From positions 105,772,001 through 105,836,000 of the forward strand of contig NC_043003.1 of the NCBI RefSeq assembly GCF_006345805.1: a stretch of DNA of 64,000 nt, in the 5' to 3' direction. Source of the DNA: Octopus sinensis (Eukaryota). The notes under the pieces were generated by a model. That model worked only from the letters and a program-made list of their open reading frames with translations. It made no database searches and was not told the DNA's origin. A program made the translations under genes and the position numbers. Shown in pieces: positions 46,790 to 60,600 of this stretch. The stretch's first letter is position 1. Every line of letters starts with the position of its first letter.

Positions 46790-49640
46790 GTTACGTTCGG
46801 ATGGTGCTTTTTACGTGTCACAATCATGGGGAGCCAGTCAGGCGGCACTGGCATCGACCCTACGTGTCACAATCATGGGGAGCCAGTCAGGCGGCACTGG
46901 CATCGACCCTACGTGTTACAATCATGGGGAGCCAGTCAGGCGGCACTGGCATCGACCCTACGTGTCACATCATGGGGAGCCAGTCAGGCGGCCTGGCATC
47001 GACCCTACGTGTCACAATCATGGGGAGCCAGTCAGGCGGCACTGGCATCGACCCTACGTGTCACAATCATGGGGAGCCAGTCAGGCGGCACTGGCATCGA
47101 CCCTACGTGTCACAATCATGGGGAGCCAGTCAGGCGGCACTGGCATCGACCCTACGTGTCACAATCATGGGGAGCCAGTCAGGCGGCACTGGCACCGACC
47201 CACGCTTGAATGGTGTTTATTACGTACCACCAGCACAGGTGTCAGTCAGTTGGCACTGGAATCGGCAACAACTACGATTTCTATATTGATTTCGATTTTA
47301 TTTGATTCGATAGATCTTCTCAAGCACAAACATCTCACCCGACGATTCAAGGGTACTTTTTAAATGGGTCGGTTATGCGACACTGCTATCGGCCACGGCT
47401 GTGATCTCACTTTACTTGCTGGGTCTCCTCAATCACAGCATATCTCGGTCTCTTGTTATTGCCTCTGTGAGGCCCAATGTTCGAAGGTCGTGCTTCACCA
47501 CCTCATTCTATGTCTTCCTGGGTCTCCCTCTTCCACGGGTTCCTTCCACTGACACTTCTTCACACAGTTGCCCTCATCCATACGCAGCACATGACCACCC
47601 CAGCGCAGTCGTCGCTCTTGCACACCTCATCTGAAGATTCTTATGTCCAACTTTTCTCTCAGGGCGCTTATGCCCTGTCGAGTATGCACACTGACATTAC
47701 ACATCCACATGTCCTCAACAGTCACGGCCCATGTTTCACTGCTGTGTAGCATGGCTGTTCACACACATGCATCATACAGTCTACCTTTCACTCTGAGCGA
47801 GAGGCCCTTTGTCTCCAGTAGAGGTAGGAGCTTTCTGGACTTTACCCAGGCTATTCTTATATTCTAGCAGCTATGCACTCAGAGCATCCACCCCCACTAC
47901 AGACTTAGTCACCTACGTAGTGGAAGCTATCAACTACTTCTAGTTTATACCCCTGGCATGTGATGGAATCTGTTTTCTGCACATCTGCAGTGTTTATTGC
48001 CCCTGTGCATCTGCCACACACAAAACCCGTCTTCACAGTTAACCATCCTTTGATGTTGCTGCGCCTCTTATGTGTCCATAGCTTACACTGTGTACATCTT
48101 ATGAGGTTTCTACCTACGCCTTTTCTACAGATCGAGCAGTACCATCTACCTGAAGGGGTTTGCCATTTGTCCACCTTCCTGATTTATAATACGGGTGACG
48201 AGACCATAACCCACATCACCAGATATTTTAAGCATCTCAGCGGTGATTCCTGGTGGGTCGGGGACTTTCCTTGTCTTCATATCCTTAATTGCAGGCTCTC
48301 CTCCTCCCATTCATTCTCCACATTCAGCAGTCTTTCCTAATGGCATCTCCAAGCCTCTTTCCTTGCAGAATCATTAAACGCAAGTGCACCATTATCCATG
48401 TGGACACATTTCTCTCCTAAGACATCACAATTTTCTCTCACACACTGTCTTACAATCTAAAATACTTCAGTTCTTTGGTCCTACATCACTGAACATTGAC
48501 AAACTTCTTTTCTGCTTCTCCCTTGGCTATATATGCCTGTCTCTTAGCCTCCCTTCTCACTATCTGATACAGTTCCCTGCTACCCCAACACTTCCAGGTT
48601 TTCCAGGCCTGTTTCTTTGCTTTAATGGCCCTGTCTACAGTATTATTCCACAACCATGTTACCCTAGGTCTGGAAAAAACTTTGCACCAGCCACAGATTT
48701 GGTCTGTGGCATTCAGTAAGCTGTCAAGCAGGAATTCCCAGTTTCCCTCTATGCCACAAGTCTGTAGCTCTTCCTCCTTCTCATCAAATTTCTCAATGAG
48801 GATGTCCCTAAATCCCTGACCATGTGAAGAGTTCTTAAGCTTCCAAATCCTTTTATTCTGGATTGGTCTGCTTCTTGGTATCCTTGTGGCCTTGATTCTA
48901 AAGTCACTAATAACTAGTCTATGCTGGGGGGTACATTCTTCACCTTAATATTTAAGAGCAACCATGCATCCTGCTGTCTGGTGAGAATGAAATCAGTCTG
49001 GCTAATAGAGTTACCTGATTGATAGGTTATCAGGTGGCTGGCTTCCTGAAGTTGGTGTTGCTTGCATCACAGAAGTAGGTTGCTTGCATCACAGAACTCC
49101 AGTAGCCTAGTTCCCTCTTTGTTTCGGGAACCAATTCCATGGACCCCATAAACACCATGGAAGATACCAGATTGCTGTCCGACATGCTCATTAAAACCTC
49201 CATCCACAAAGATGAGGTCATTGTCACTCGTCTATGAGGTAGCCTGTAGAAGGACATCATAAAAGTGGTCCTTCTGTTCATTTGATAGGCCTGCTTGTGG
49301 GGCTTAGGCAGAGATAATTGTAGCTATACTATTCTGCAGGACTAGCCTGAGCCTATGCACTCTATCGCACACTCTACCTCCATGACCTTATCCACCCATT
49401 TCTCTGCAAGGAGTATGCCTACACTACCTACTCCGTCACTGTTACCTTCCCTGAAGATTTTATGCCTATGTGTTTTGCCTGTGAGGACCCTGGCTGAAGT
49501 TCCTCTCTACTCTACCTCTTGTATGCAGCATACATCAACATCTCCGTTCAAGCATCTCTACAATGTCACTAGACCTACCTTTCAATGTGCCTATATTGAC
49601 AGTGCCAACTCTAGTTTAAATGTTTAGCTTTCACTAGCTA
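46790..49640 (-). mobile_element. RTE-clade LINE, decayed, RT core deleted
   Basis: APE motifs (VDVCCIQEV, VGILLAEKWVDKV, GFNEHVG, NTNFRK, QTDFIL), GITAEMLK, then a direct jump to the PHD-like WYCSICRKGVGRNLIRCTQCKLWTHKR and KGRLYDACV..MLHSSETW, followed by the 3' UTR. Confidence 0.88.
46812..47203. repeat. 49-bp minisatellite x8 within the RTE 3' UTR
   Basis: Unit gtcacaatcatggggagccagtcaggcggcactggcatcgaccctacgt at 46817, 46866, ... 47158. Confidence 0.92.
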
Positions 49641-49978
49641 AATGGATGAGTAGATAAGTTAGTTGGATTACCAACTTAGTTGTGAGTTCATATTCTAATG
49701 GAGGAATTTTGATGAACGTCTTGGCCAAAGATTTTTTTTACATCACCTCAGTTTTTCTTGCAAGAGAACACCAACAGTATTGGAGATACATTTCCCATCT
49801 GTTTACCACTTCAGAAACCAGAGTTAATCATGACTGGATCCTTGTATTTAGTAATAGATATTCTGACAGCTTTTAATTACTATTTTATGATTGTATTCTT
49901 TTCCTTTTGTCATTTCAAATTAACATCTGAGATGGTGAACAGCACTGATTGAGTTATTTTCTGGCTAAATTCTTTTAG

Positions 49979-50051
49979 ATGGAGAGTCACCAAATCTGCT
50001 AACTGTGAGCAAGAAAAAAGAGATCAAAGGAGTTAACGATGAAGAATTTGG
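49979..50051 (+). CDS. SYCP3: SYCP3 coding exon 2
   Basis: Acceptor ttcttttAG; (D)GESPNLLTVSKKKEIKGVNDEEF(G); donor GTACAC, phase 2. Confidence 0.8.
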
Positions 50052-50900
50052 GTACACCTCTATTCATATTATTTTGACATTCTCTTTAAAAATCTGAATG
50101 TTTTCCTCTTTTGTGTGAACATCATATCTATGTGGCAATATATTCCTTTCTCTTTCACTCATAAGAAAAAGTAATTGCATATGTATTTGTATTACAAAAA
50201 CGTGAGATGGCTCAGAATTAACTAATGTTTTGTAAGCATTTATGTAAATCTCTAAAAATAAATGTAAAAGGTAATCCCCTCTTTCATTGCCCATCAAGAA
50301 ATGTAATTTTTTTCCAGTTTATTACTTCAAAAGTTTAGAAGTCTGTCTCTGCTGAGAACTGAAAAAGGGTGATGTTTAGCATAGTTAACAGTTCAACTTT
50401 CGATATTCATTGAACTAATGATATCATTAAAGCAGATACAGTTTAATTAATTTCTCAGACTCTTGAACTTCTATGATAATTTCCAGATATGTTTGCATAT
50501 AATGAATTAAATGTAAATTATATATGACATGATCTCAAGTGTATGCAAATAACAATGCATGGATTTGTTGGACATGATATTAGCTGGAGTGTTGTATAAA
50601 ACCTTTACCAATTCCTCTATCCATCTAATTCAAGCCATCTTAAAGTTATGTGAGATGAAAATATACTGAAATAACGGAAAATGAAAGGAAACAGTAGTTT
50701 TAGATATATTTGATATTAATTTAATAGATTTAATGTGACTAGAAGTACTGCTAGGATTTGGCCTTTACCAGAAAGAGGAAATAATATAGCTCTGTTATAA
50801 AGTGTTGAATTATGTAGGATGTCTTTCATAAGTTTACAGACCATTTTCCTGTTTAACATTTTAATAAATAATTTTCACATGTTTTTTATTAACTTTTCAG

Positions 50901-50935
50901 TTTCGAAATGAAGAAAATGCTGGAATCCTTTGAAG
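50901..50935 (+). CDS. SYCP3: SYCP3 coding exon 3
   Basis: Acceptor acttttcAG; (G)FEMKKMLESFE, compare vertebrate GGEVQNMLEGVG (from memory); donor GTAAGC. Confidence 0.88.
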
Positions 50936-51042
50936 GTAAGCCTCATTTATTTCCAAGTTTTTTTCTTTTATGAATTGAATTATTCCTCCTCTTGCTGTTC
51001 TTTCCCTCTTCCACTACCATCATCACCATTATTATTGTAGGG

Positions 51043-51258
51043 GTGGTAAGGTGGTGAGCTGGCAGAATCATTTGCACTCCGGGTGAACTGCTTAGCAGTA
51101 TTTCACCCATAGCTACATTCTGTGTCCAAATTCCACTGAGATCGACTTTGCCTTTCATCCTTTTGGGGTCAATAAATTAAGTACCAGTGAAACACTGGGG
51201 TTGATGTAATTGACTAGTCCCCTCCCTCACAATTTCAGGCCTTGTGTCTATACTAAAG
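51043..51258 (+). mobile_element. Family A SINE
   Basis: ggtggtgagctggcagaatc head and core. Confidence 0.8.
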
Positions 51259-52430
51259 ATTATTGTAGGGGTGGTGAAATGGGAGATACAGAGGTATATA
51301 AGGGAGCTACAGTAAGTGGGGTGTGATCTATTATTTTCAATTTCTAGAAATCAACATAAAACTGTTTTAATGGAAGTCACACATTGATTTACCTGCAAGT
51401 GAAAACTTGGTATTATTGGTATCTTGTTCCACTTGAAAAATTATTTTCCCTGACATATTCCATGAACACATATTTGATTTCTATTAGTTGTCATCTAACC
51501 TTATGATATTTATAGAGTCATCATTCTAGTGAGGTTAAAATTTATAAAGAATATATCATTCCTAGATATATTCTTTAAGGAAGATCATGTTGTTTGCATG
51601 CAATAGTTCTTGAATATCATTGAGAAAATATACATAATTTATCATATTAACAAGAGCTGCTTCCATTGGCTTGAATTTATTTAATTAGCAATGTTTGAGT
51701 GAAAGGTAGAAATTTTGAATTTTGCCCATAGTGGGATGTGTAGCAAAAGGTGTTGTTGGTGTAGCAGATGAAGATAGGTGTGTTGGACGACATCAAAGGA
51801 AAACAATGAGGTAAGCATTGGACTGTAGTTTAAATAATTTATTTGATCAACTCTTGTATTTATGTGTTGAATATACAAAGTTTGATTCACAATATCAATG
51901 AACCTTCATTGACACAGCTCAAGTCGGAGGTTGAATGGAAATCCATCCATCACTTTTTGACAGGACAGAAATTTATTTCACGCCTGTTCGGCCAGTGGTG
52001 GATCAAGCGAGCAAGAATCCTTAAGATTCGATTTCGAATCTCAGCTCAGAAAATGAAATGTTAGTTTTTACACTACTATGGGCTATATCATATCGATCTG
52101 ATATGGTACGTGTCAAAACAGTCCACCACAGGCCCTAAGGTTTTTTCCATGATTAAAAATACTAACATTTGTAAACTTCTAATACTTTTTATGTAAAAAC
52201 AATTCTTTAATAAGTTACAATTAGTAAAAGAACGATTTCTTTTTGACCATCTCTTTCTTTTGATGTGAAGTTTGTTATTCTTTCTAGAGGAATTTTGAAG
52301 GTAGTTTATTTTTTATAATAAAGTTTCCATTTTATTATATAATAAACACTTTTTGGTATTTATATCACACGAGGCTGCATTAATGTCAGAAACCAGTGAT
52401 ATTTCAAAGTTTGATTGATTCCTTTGTTAG

Positions 52431-52548
52431 TTGACATAACCAAAACTTTGGCAAATAAACGCAAACGCCTGGAAACTTTTACTCAAAATAAAATGAAAAA
52501 CAGTAACAAGAAGATTGATGAAATATGGAAAATGCAACAAACTGAAAG
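52431..52548 (+). CDS. SYCP3: SYCP3 coding exon 4 (Cor1/Xlr domain)
   Basis: (V)DITKTLANKRKRLETFTQNKMKNSNKKIDEIWKMQQTE(R) vs human [40 protein letters not shown] (recalled); canonical AG/GT. Confidence 0.93.
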
Positions 52549-52624
52549 GTATTGGCATTTGATTTGTTTAATTTTAATTTTATTTTTAAAGATTAATAGA
52601 CAATTATAGACTCTAACTGATATA

Positions 52625-53144
52625 CAGTAATCACTTGACTATCACGGTTGTTACGTTCCAAAGCCCCTGCAAAGTTGAAACAGTACAGTATATTTTTTAT
52701 AGTTTTTTAATTTGTATATATTTATTTTATTCATCATCATCATCATTGTTGTTTAACGTCCGCTTTCCATGCTGGCATGGGTTGGACGGTTTGACTGAGG
52801 ACTGGTGAGCCAGAAGGCTGCACCAGGCTCAATCTGATCTGGCAAAGTTTCTACAGCTGCATGCCCTTCCTAACTCCAACCACTCTGAAAGTGTAGTGGG
52901 TGCTTTTACATGCCACCAGCACGGGAGCCAGTCAGGTAGTTCTGGCAACGACAATGCTCAAAAGGTGTTTTTTACATGCTACCTGCATGGGAGCCAGTCC
53001 GGCAGCACTGGCAACGACCATGCTCGAATGTTGTTTTTCATGTGGCGGTAAGGTGACAAATGCAAAACAACACCATGGAGGAATCGATGTAAGCTTAAAT
53101 AATAAACTGCAATAGGTGAACCGCAATACGGCAAGGGATTACTG
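52625..53144. mobile_element. pogo/Tigger-like MITE with an RTE 3'-UTR insertion (52732-53041, - strand)
   Basis: TA-flanked TIRs CAGTAATCACTTG / CAAGGGATTACTG. Confidence 0.7.
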
Positions 53145-53489
53145 TATATATGTATATATATAATATACATATAAGAATCTCTACATTCCACCTGATGACC
53201 TAAAGAATGAATATTTTTAGATCAAACATATCCAACATGTTATAAGTTACTCCATGTCTATATTGCAGTTGTTCTGAAGGTTTGTGTTTGAAATGGTATT
53301 GTTCTGTGCATTACCATCATTATCTGTCCATTTTCCATGTTGGCACAGGTTGGATGGTTTGACATGCTGGCAAGTCATATTTAAGAGAATTTCATACTCT
53401 CGTTCAAATTACTTTTAATTCAATTGTATCAGATGTCTAAGCTTTGACTCCCATTTCCACTCCCCAAACCCATTATAATTTAGACTGTA

Positions 53490-53943
53490 CCTGTAAAGTG
53501 GTTGGCATTTGGAAGGGCATCCAGCTGTAAAAACCTTGCCAAAACTGACCTTACCTGTGCTTGTGCCGCATAAAAAGCACTGAGTCCACTCTACTGGGTG
53601 ATTGGTGTTAGGAAGGGCATCCAGCTGTAAAAACCTTGCCAAAACTGACCTTACCTGTGCTTGTGCCGCATAAAAAGCACTGAGTCCACTCTGCTGGGTG
53701 GTTGGTGTTAGGAAGGGCATCAAGCTGTAAAAACCTTGCCAAAACTGACCTTACCTGTGCTTGTGCCGCATAAAAAGCACTGAGTCCACTCTACTGGGTG
53801 ATTGGTGTTAGGAAGGGCATCCAGCTGTAAAAACCCTGCCAAAACAGACACAGAAGCCTGGTGCAGGCTTCTGCCTGACCGGCTCCTGTCAAACCGTCCC
53901 ACCCATTCCAGCATGGAAGGCGGATGTTAAACAATGATGATGA
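53490..53943 (+). mobile_element. RTE 3'-UTR fragment with an exact 100-bp tandem triplication
   Basis: ggaagggcat occurs at 53511, 53611, 53711 and 53811. Confidence 0.85.
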
Positions 53944-54019
53944 TCTACACATATTTTTAATCCCTAGACATGTATTACAATCTCATTCTTATAATGATAT
54001 TTCTGTTGTTAAAATGCAG

Positions 54020-54119
54020 GCAGAAGCTGTATGATGACTATTGCAATCAAATGAACAATATTCTACAACAATGGGATGTTGATTTGAGCAAATCAAAAGA
54101 ACAAGAAGAAAAACTACTG
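54020..54119 (+). CDS. SYCP3: SYCP3 coding exon 5
   Basis: (R)QKLYDDYCNQMNNILQQWDVDLSKSKEQEEKLL vs human [33 protein letters not shown] (recalled); donor GTAAGA. The C-terminal exons are not in the window. Confidence 0.93.
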
Positions 54120-54424
54120 GTAAGAAATGCAACATTAAATTTCCTTAACAAATGTTTCATTAATAACTGAACTTACTAAAGATGTTAGACTTCTTTCCAT
54201 AGGTAATAGATTCAAGAAATACTGGGATATGCATCTTGAGTAAGACACTTTAATCTATCTAGATACCATTTCCCTATCAAGTAGAAATGATTGGAGGCAG
54301 CATCTAATGATTCCAATCTATTCCTGCTAAGACGCCACAGTATTTATAATAAAATATAATAAAATATACAACATATACTTTGTAAACAAAACAAAAAAAA
54401 ACACTTGACAAATTGGTTTAGATT

Positions 54425-54650
54425 TACTCTTTACTCTTTTACTTGTTTCAGTCATTTGACTGTGGCCATGCTGGAGCACTACCTTTAGTCGTGCAAATTG
54501 ACCCCAAGACTTATTCTTTGTAAGCCTAGTACTTATTCTATTGGTCTCGTTTGCCGAACCGCTAAGTTACGGGGACGTAAACACACCAGCATCGGTTGTC
54601 AAGCAATGGTGGGGGGGACAAACACAGACACACAAACATATACATACACT
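54425..54650 (-). mobile_element. Family B SINE, tail half only (cut at its internal microsatellite)
   Basis: Tail through ggggacaaacacagacacacaaacatatacatac; the satellite array begins immediately after. Confidence 0.8.
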
Positions 54651-57600
54651 TCAATTTCAACTCCCGTTCGATGTCCGCAGCAAGTTCTTAAAAATTTATC
54701 TTACTATTTTATTCGTTGTTACTACGTTTCTTCATACATTGTTACGAAAATTTAACCTTTTAGGCTACTTTCAAGCCTTCGCCATAACTTGATTTATCTT
54801 TCTATCTCTCTCTCTACAAAATTTAACCTTAGGCCAGGCTACCTCAAGCCGTAATCCTATCTCTTCCCATCTCTTCCCATCTCTTCCCATCTTTCAGCCA
54901 TTGGCGGTCTTTTTTCTCCTCTCACCATTACGATTCTATAATTTAATTCCCAATTCCAATTCAATTTCAACTCCCGTTCGATGTCCGCAGCAAGTTCTTA
55001 AAAATTTATCTTACTATTTTATTCGTTGTTACTACGTTTCTTCATACATTGTTACGAAAATTTAACCTTTTAGGCTACTTTCAAGCCTTCGCCATAACTT
55101 GATTTATCTTTCTATCTCTCTCTCTACAAAATTTAACCTTAGGCCAGGCTACCTCAAGCCGTAATCCTATCTCTTCCCATCTCTTCCCATCTCTTCCCAT
55201 CTTTCAGCCATTGGCGGTCTTTTTTTCCTCCTCTCACCATTACGATTCTATAATTTAAATTCCCAATTCAATTTCAACTCCCGTTCGATGTCCGCAGCAA
55301 GTTCTTAAAAATTTATCTTACTATTTTATTCGTTATTTTTTTTTTGTTACTACGTTTCTTCATACATTGTTACGAAAATTTAACCTTTTAGGCTACTTTC
55401 AAGCCTTCGCCATAACTTGATTTATCTTTCTATCTCTCTCTCTACAAAATTTAACCTTAGGCCAGGCTACCTCAGCCGTAATCCTATCTCTTCCCATCTC
55501 TTCCCATCTCTTCCCATCTTTCAGCACCATTGGCGGTCTTTTTTCTCCTCTCAACCATTACGATTCTATAATTTAAATTCCCAATCAATTTCAACTCCCG
55601 TTCGATGTCCGCAGCAAGTTCTTAAAAATTTTCTTACTATTTTATTCGTTGTTACTACGTTTCTTCATACATTGTTACGAAAATTTAACCTTTTAGGCTA
55701 CTTTCAAGCCTTCGCCATAACTTGATTTATCTTTCTATCTCTCTCTCTACAAAATTTAACCTTAGGCCAGGCTACCTCAAGCCGTAATCCTATCTCTTCC
55801 CATCTCTTCCCATCTCTTCATCCATCTTCACAGCCATTGGCGGTCTTTTTTCCTCCTCTCTCACATTACGATTCTATAATTTAAATTCCCAATTCAATTT
55901 CAACTCCCGTTCGATGTCCGCAGCAAGTTCTTAAAAATTTATCTTACTATTTTATTCGTTGTTACTACGTTTCTTCATACATTGTTACGAAAATTTAACC
56001 TTTTAGGCTACTTTCAAGCCTTCGCCATAACTTGATTTATCTTTCTATCTCTCTCTCTCTACAAAATTTAACCTTAGGCCAGGCTACCTCAAGCCGTAAT
56101 CCTATCTCTTCCCATCTCTTCCCATCTCTTCCCATCTTTCAGCCATTGGCGGTCTTTTTTCCTCCTCTCACCATTACGATTCTATATTTAAATTCCCAAT
56201 TCAATTTCAACTCCCGTTCGATGTCCGCAGCAAGTTCTTAAAAATTTATCTTACTATTTTATTTTTTTACTACGTTTCTTCATACATTGTTACGAAAATT
56301 TAACCTTTTAGGCTACTTTCAAGCCTTCGCCATAACTTGATTTATCTTTCTATCTCTCTCTCTACAAAATTAACCTTAGGCCAGGCTACCTCAAGCCGTA
56401 ATCCTATCTCTTCCCATCTCTCCCATCTCTTCCCATCTTTCAGCCATTGGCGGTCTTTTTTCCTCCTCTCACCATTACGATTCTATAATTTAAATTCCCA
56501 ATTCAATTTCAACTCCCGTTCGATGTCCGCAGCAAGTTCTTAAAATTTATCTTACTATTTTATTCGTTGTTACTACGTTTCTTCATACATTGTTACGAAA
56601 ATTTAACCTTTTAGGCTACTTTCAAGCCTTCGCCATAACTTGATTTATCTTTCTATCTCTCTCTCTACAAAATTTAACCTTAGGCCAGGCTACCTCAAGC
56701 CATAATCCTATCTCTTCCCATCTCTTCCCATCTCTTCCCATCTTTCATTGCCATTGGCGGTCTTTTTTCTCCTCTCAACCATTACGATTCTATAATTTAA
56801 ATTCCCCTTCAATTTCAACTCCCGTTCGATGTCCGCAGCAAGTTCTTAAAATTTATCTTACTATTTTATTCGTTGTTACTACTTTTCTTCATACATTGTT
56901 ACGAAAATTTAACCTTTTAGGCTACTTTCAAGCCTTCGCCATAACTTGATTTATCTTTCTATCTCTCTCTCTACAAAATTTAACCTTAGGCCAGGCTACC
57001 TCAAGCCGTAATCCTATCTCTTCCCATCTCTTCCCATCTCTTCCCATCTTTCACAGCCATTGGCGGTCTTTTTTCCTCCTCTCACCATTACGATTCTATA
57101 ATTTAAATTCCAATTCAATTTCAACTCCCGTTCGATGTCCGCAGCAAGTTCTTAAAAATTTATCTTACTATTTTATTCGTTGTTACTACGTTTCTTCTTC
57201 ATACATTGTACGAAAATTTAACCTTTTAGGCTACTTTCAAGCCTTCGCCATAACTTGATTTATCTTCTATCTCTCTCTCTCTACAAAATTTAACCTTAGG
57301 CCAGGCTACCTCAAGCCGTAATCCTATCTCTTCCTATCTCTTCCCATCTCTTCCATCTCTTCCCATCTTTCAGCCATTGGCGGTCTTTTTTTCCTCCTCT
57401 CACCATTACGATTCTATAATTTAAATTCCCAATTCAATTTCACTCCCGTTCGATGTCCGCAGCAAGTTCTTAAAATTTATCTTACTATTTTATTCGTTGT
57501 TACTACGTTTCTTCATACATTGTTACGAAAATTTAACCTTTTAGGCTACTTTCAAGCCTTCGCCATAACTTGATTTATCTTTCTATCTCTCTCTCTACAA

Positions 57601-60600
57601 AATTTAACCTTAGGCCAGGCTACCTCAAGCCGTAATCCTATCTCTTCCCATCTCTTCCCATCTCTTCTCATCTTTCAGCCATTGGCGGTCTTTTTTTCCT
57701 CCTCTCACCATTACGATTCTATAATTTAAATTCCCAATTCAATTTCAACTCCCGTTCGATGTCCGCAGCAAGTTCTTAAAAATTTATCTTACTATTTTAT
57801 TCGTTGTTACTACGTTTCTTCATACATTGTTACGAAAATTTAACCTTTTAGGCTACTTTCAAGCCTTCGCCATAACTTGATTTATCTTTCTATCTCTCTC
57901 TCTACAAAATTTAACCTTAGGCCAGGCTACCTCAAGCCGTAATCCTATCTCTTCTCTTCCCATCTCTTCCCATCTCTTCCCATCTTTCAGCCATTGGCGG
58001 TCTTTTTTTCCTCCTCCTCTCACCATTACGATTCTATAATTTAAATTCCCAATTCAATTTCAACTCCCGTTCGATGTCCGCAGCAAGTTCTTAAAAATTT
58101 ATCTTACTATTTTATTCGTTGTTACTACTACGTTTCTTCATACATTGTTACGAAAATTTAACCTTTTAGGCTACTTTCAAGCCTTCGCCATAACTTGATT
58201 TATCTTTCTATCTCTCTCTCTACAAAATTAACCTTAGGCCAGGCTACCTCAAGCCGTAATCCTATCTCTTCCCATCTCTTCCCATCTCTTCCCATCTTTC
58301 AGCCATTGGCGGTCTTTTTTCCTCCTCTCACACACCATTACGATTCTATAATTTAAATCCCAATTCAATTTCAACTCCCGTTCGATGTCCGCAGCAAGTT
58401 CTTAAAATTTATCTTACTATTTTATTCGTTGTTACTACGTTTCTTCATACATTGTTACGAAAATTTAACCTTTTAGGCTACTTTCAAGCCTTCGCCATAA
58501 CTTGATTTATCTTTCTATCTCTCTCTCTACAAAATTTAACCTTAGGCCAGGCTACCTCAAGCCGTAATCCTATCTCTTCCCATCTCTTCCCATCTCTTCC
58601 CATCTTTCATTTCAGCCATTGGCGGTTTTTTTTCCTCCTCTCACCATTACGATTCTATAATTTAAATTCCCAATTCAATTTCAACTCCCGTTCGATGTCC
58701 GCAGCAAGTTCTTAAAAATTTATCTTACTATTTTATTCGTTGTTACTACGTTTCTTCATACATTGTTACGAAAATTTAACCTTTTAGGCTACTTTCAAGC
58801 CTTCGCCATAACTTGATTTATCTTTCTATCTCTCTCTCTACAAAATTTAACCTTAGGCCAGGCTACCTCAAGCCGTAATCCTATCTCTTCCCATCTCTTC
58901 CCATCTCTTCCCATCTCTTCCCATCTTTCAGCCATTGGCGGTCTTTTTTCCTCCTCTCACCATTACGATTCTATAATTTAAATTCCCAATTCAATTTCAA
59001 CTCCCGTTCGATGTCCGCAGCAAGTTCTTAAAAATTTATCTTACTATTTTATTCGTTGTTACTACGTTTCTTCATACATTGTTACAAAAATTTAACCTTT
59101 TAGGCTACTTTCAAGCCTTCGCCATAACTTGATTTATCTTTCTATCTCTCTCTCTACAAAATTTAACCTTAGGCCAGGCTACCTCAAGCCGTAATCCTAT
59201 CTCTTCCCATCTCTTCCCATCTCTTCCCATCTTTCAGCCATTGGCGGTCTTTTTTTCCTCCTCTCACCATTACGATTCTATAATTTAAATTCCCAATTCA
59301 ATTTCATAACTCCCGTTCGATGTCCGCAGCAAGTTCTTAAAAATTTATCTTACTATTTTATTCGTTGTTACTACGTTTCTTCATACATTGTTACGAAAAT
59401 TTAACCTTTTAGGCTACTTTCAAGCCTTCGCCATAACTTGATTTATCTTTCTATCTCTCTCTCTACAAAATTTAACCTTAGGCCAGGCTACCTCAAGCCG
59501 TAATCCTATCTCTTCCCATCTCTTCCCATCTCTTCCCATCTTTCAGCCATTGGCGGTCTTTTTTCCTCCTCTCACCATTACGATTCTATAATTTAAATTC
59601 CCAATTCAATTTCAACTCCCGTTCGATGTCCGCAGCAAGTTCTTAAAATTTATCTTACTATTTTATTCGTTGTTACTACGTTTCTTCATACATTGTTACG
59701 AAAATTTAACCTTTTAGGCTACTTTCAAGCCTTCGCCATAACTTGATTTATCTTTCTATCTCTCTCTCTACAAAATTTAACCTTAGGCCAGGCTACCTCA
59801 AGCCGTAATCCTATCTCTTCCCATCTCTTCCCATCTTTCAGCCATTGGCGGTCTTTTTTTTCCTCCTCTCACCATTACGATTCTATAATTTAAATTCCCA
59901 ATTCAATTTCAACTCCCGTTCGATGTCCGCAGCAAGTTCTTAAAAATTTATCTTACTATTTTATTCGTTGTTACTACGTTTCTTCATACATTGTTACGAA
60001 AATTTAACCTTTTAGGCTACTTTCAAGCCTTCGCCATAACTTGATTTATCTTTCTATCTCTCTCTCTACAAAATTTAACCTTAGGCCAGGCTACCTCAAG
60101 CCGTAATCCTATCTCTTCCCATCTCTTCCCATCTCTTCCCATCTTTCAGCCATTGGCGGTCTTTTTTCCTCCTCTCACCATTACGATTCTATAATTTAAA
60201 TTCCCAATTCAATTTCAACTCCCGTTCGATGTCCGCAGCAAGTTCTAAAAATTTATCTTACTATTTTATTCGTTGTTACTACGTTTCTTCATACATTGTT
60301 ACGAAAATTTAACCTTTTAGGCTACTTTCAAGCCTTCGCCATAACTTGATTTATCTTTCTATCTCTATCTCTCTCTCTACAAAATTTAACCTTAGGCCAG
60401 GCTACCTCAAGCCGTAATCCTATCTCTTCCCATCTCTTCCCATCTCTTCCCATCTTTCAGCATTGGCGGTCTTTTTTCCTCCTCTCACCATTACGATTCT
60501 ATAATTTAAATTCCCAATTCAATTTCAACTCCCGTTCGATGTCCGCAGCAAGTTCTTAAAAATTTATCTTACTATTTTATTCGTTGTTACTACGTTTCTT

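Noticed and set aside
46739-47363. Repetitive ORFs in three frames / CRISPR-like look
   Set aside because: A 49-bp tandem repeat with no unique spacers, inside a LINE 3' UTR.
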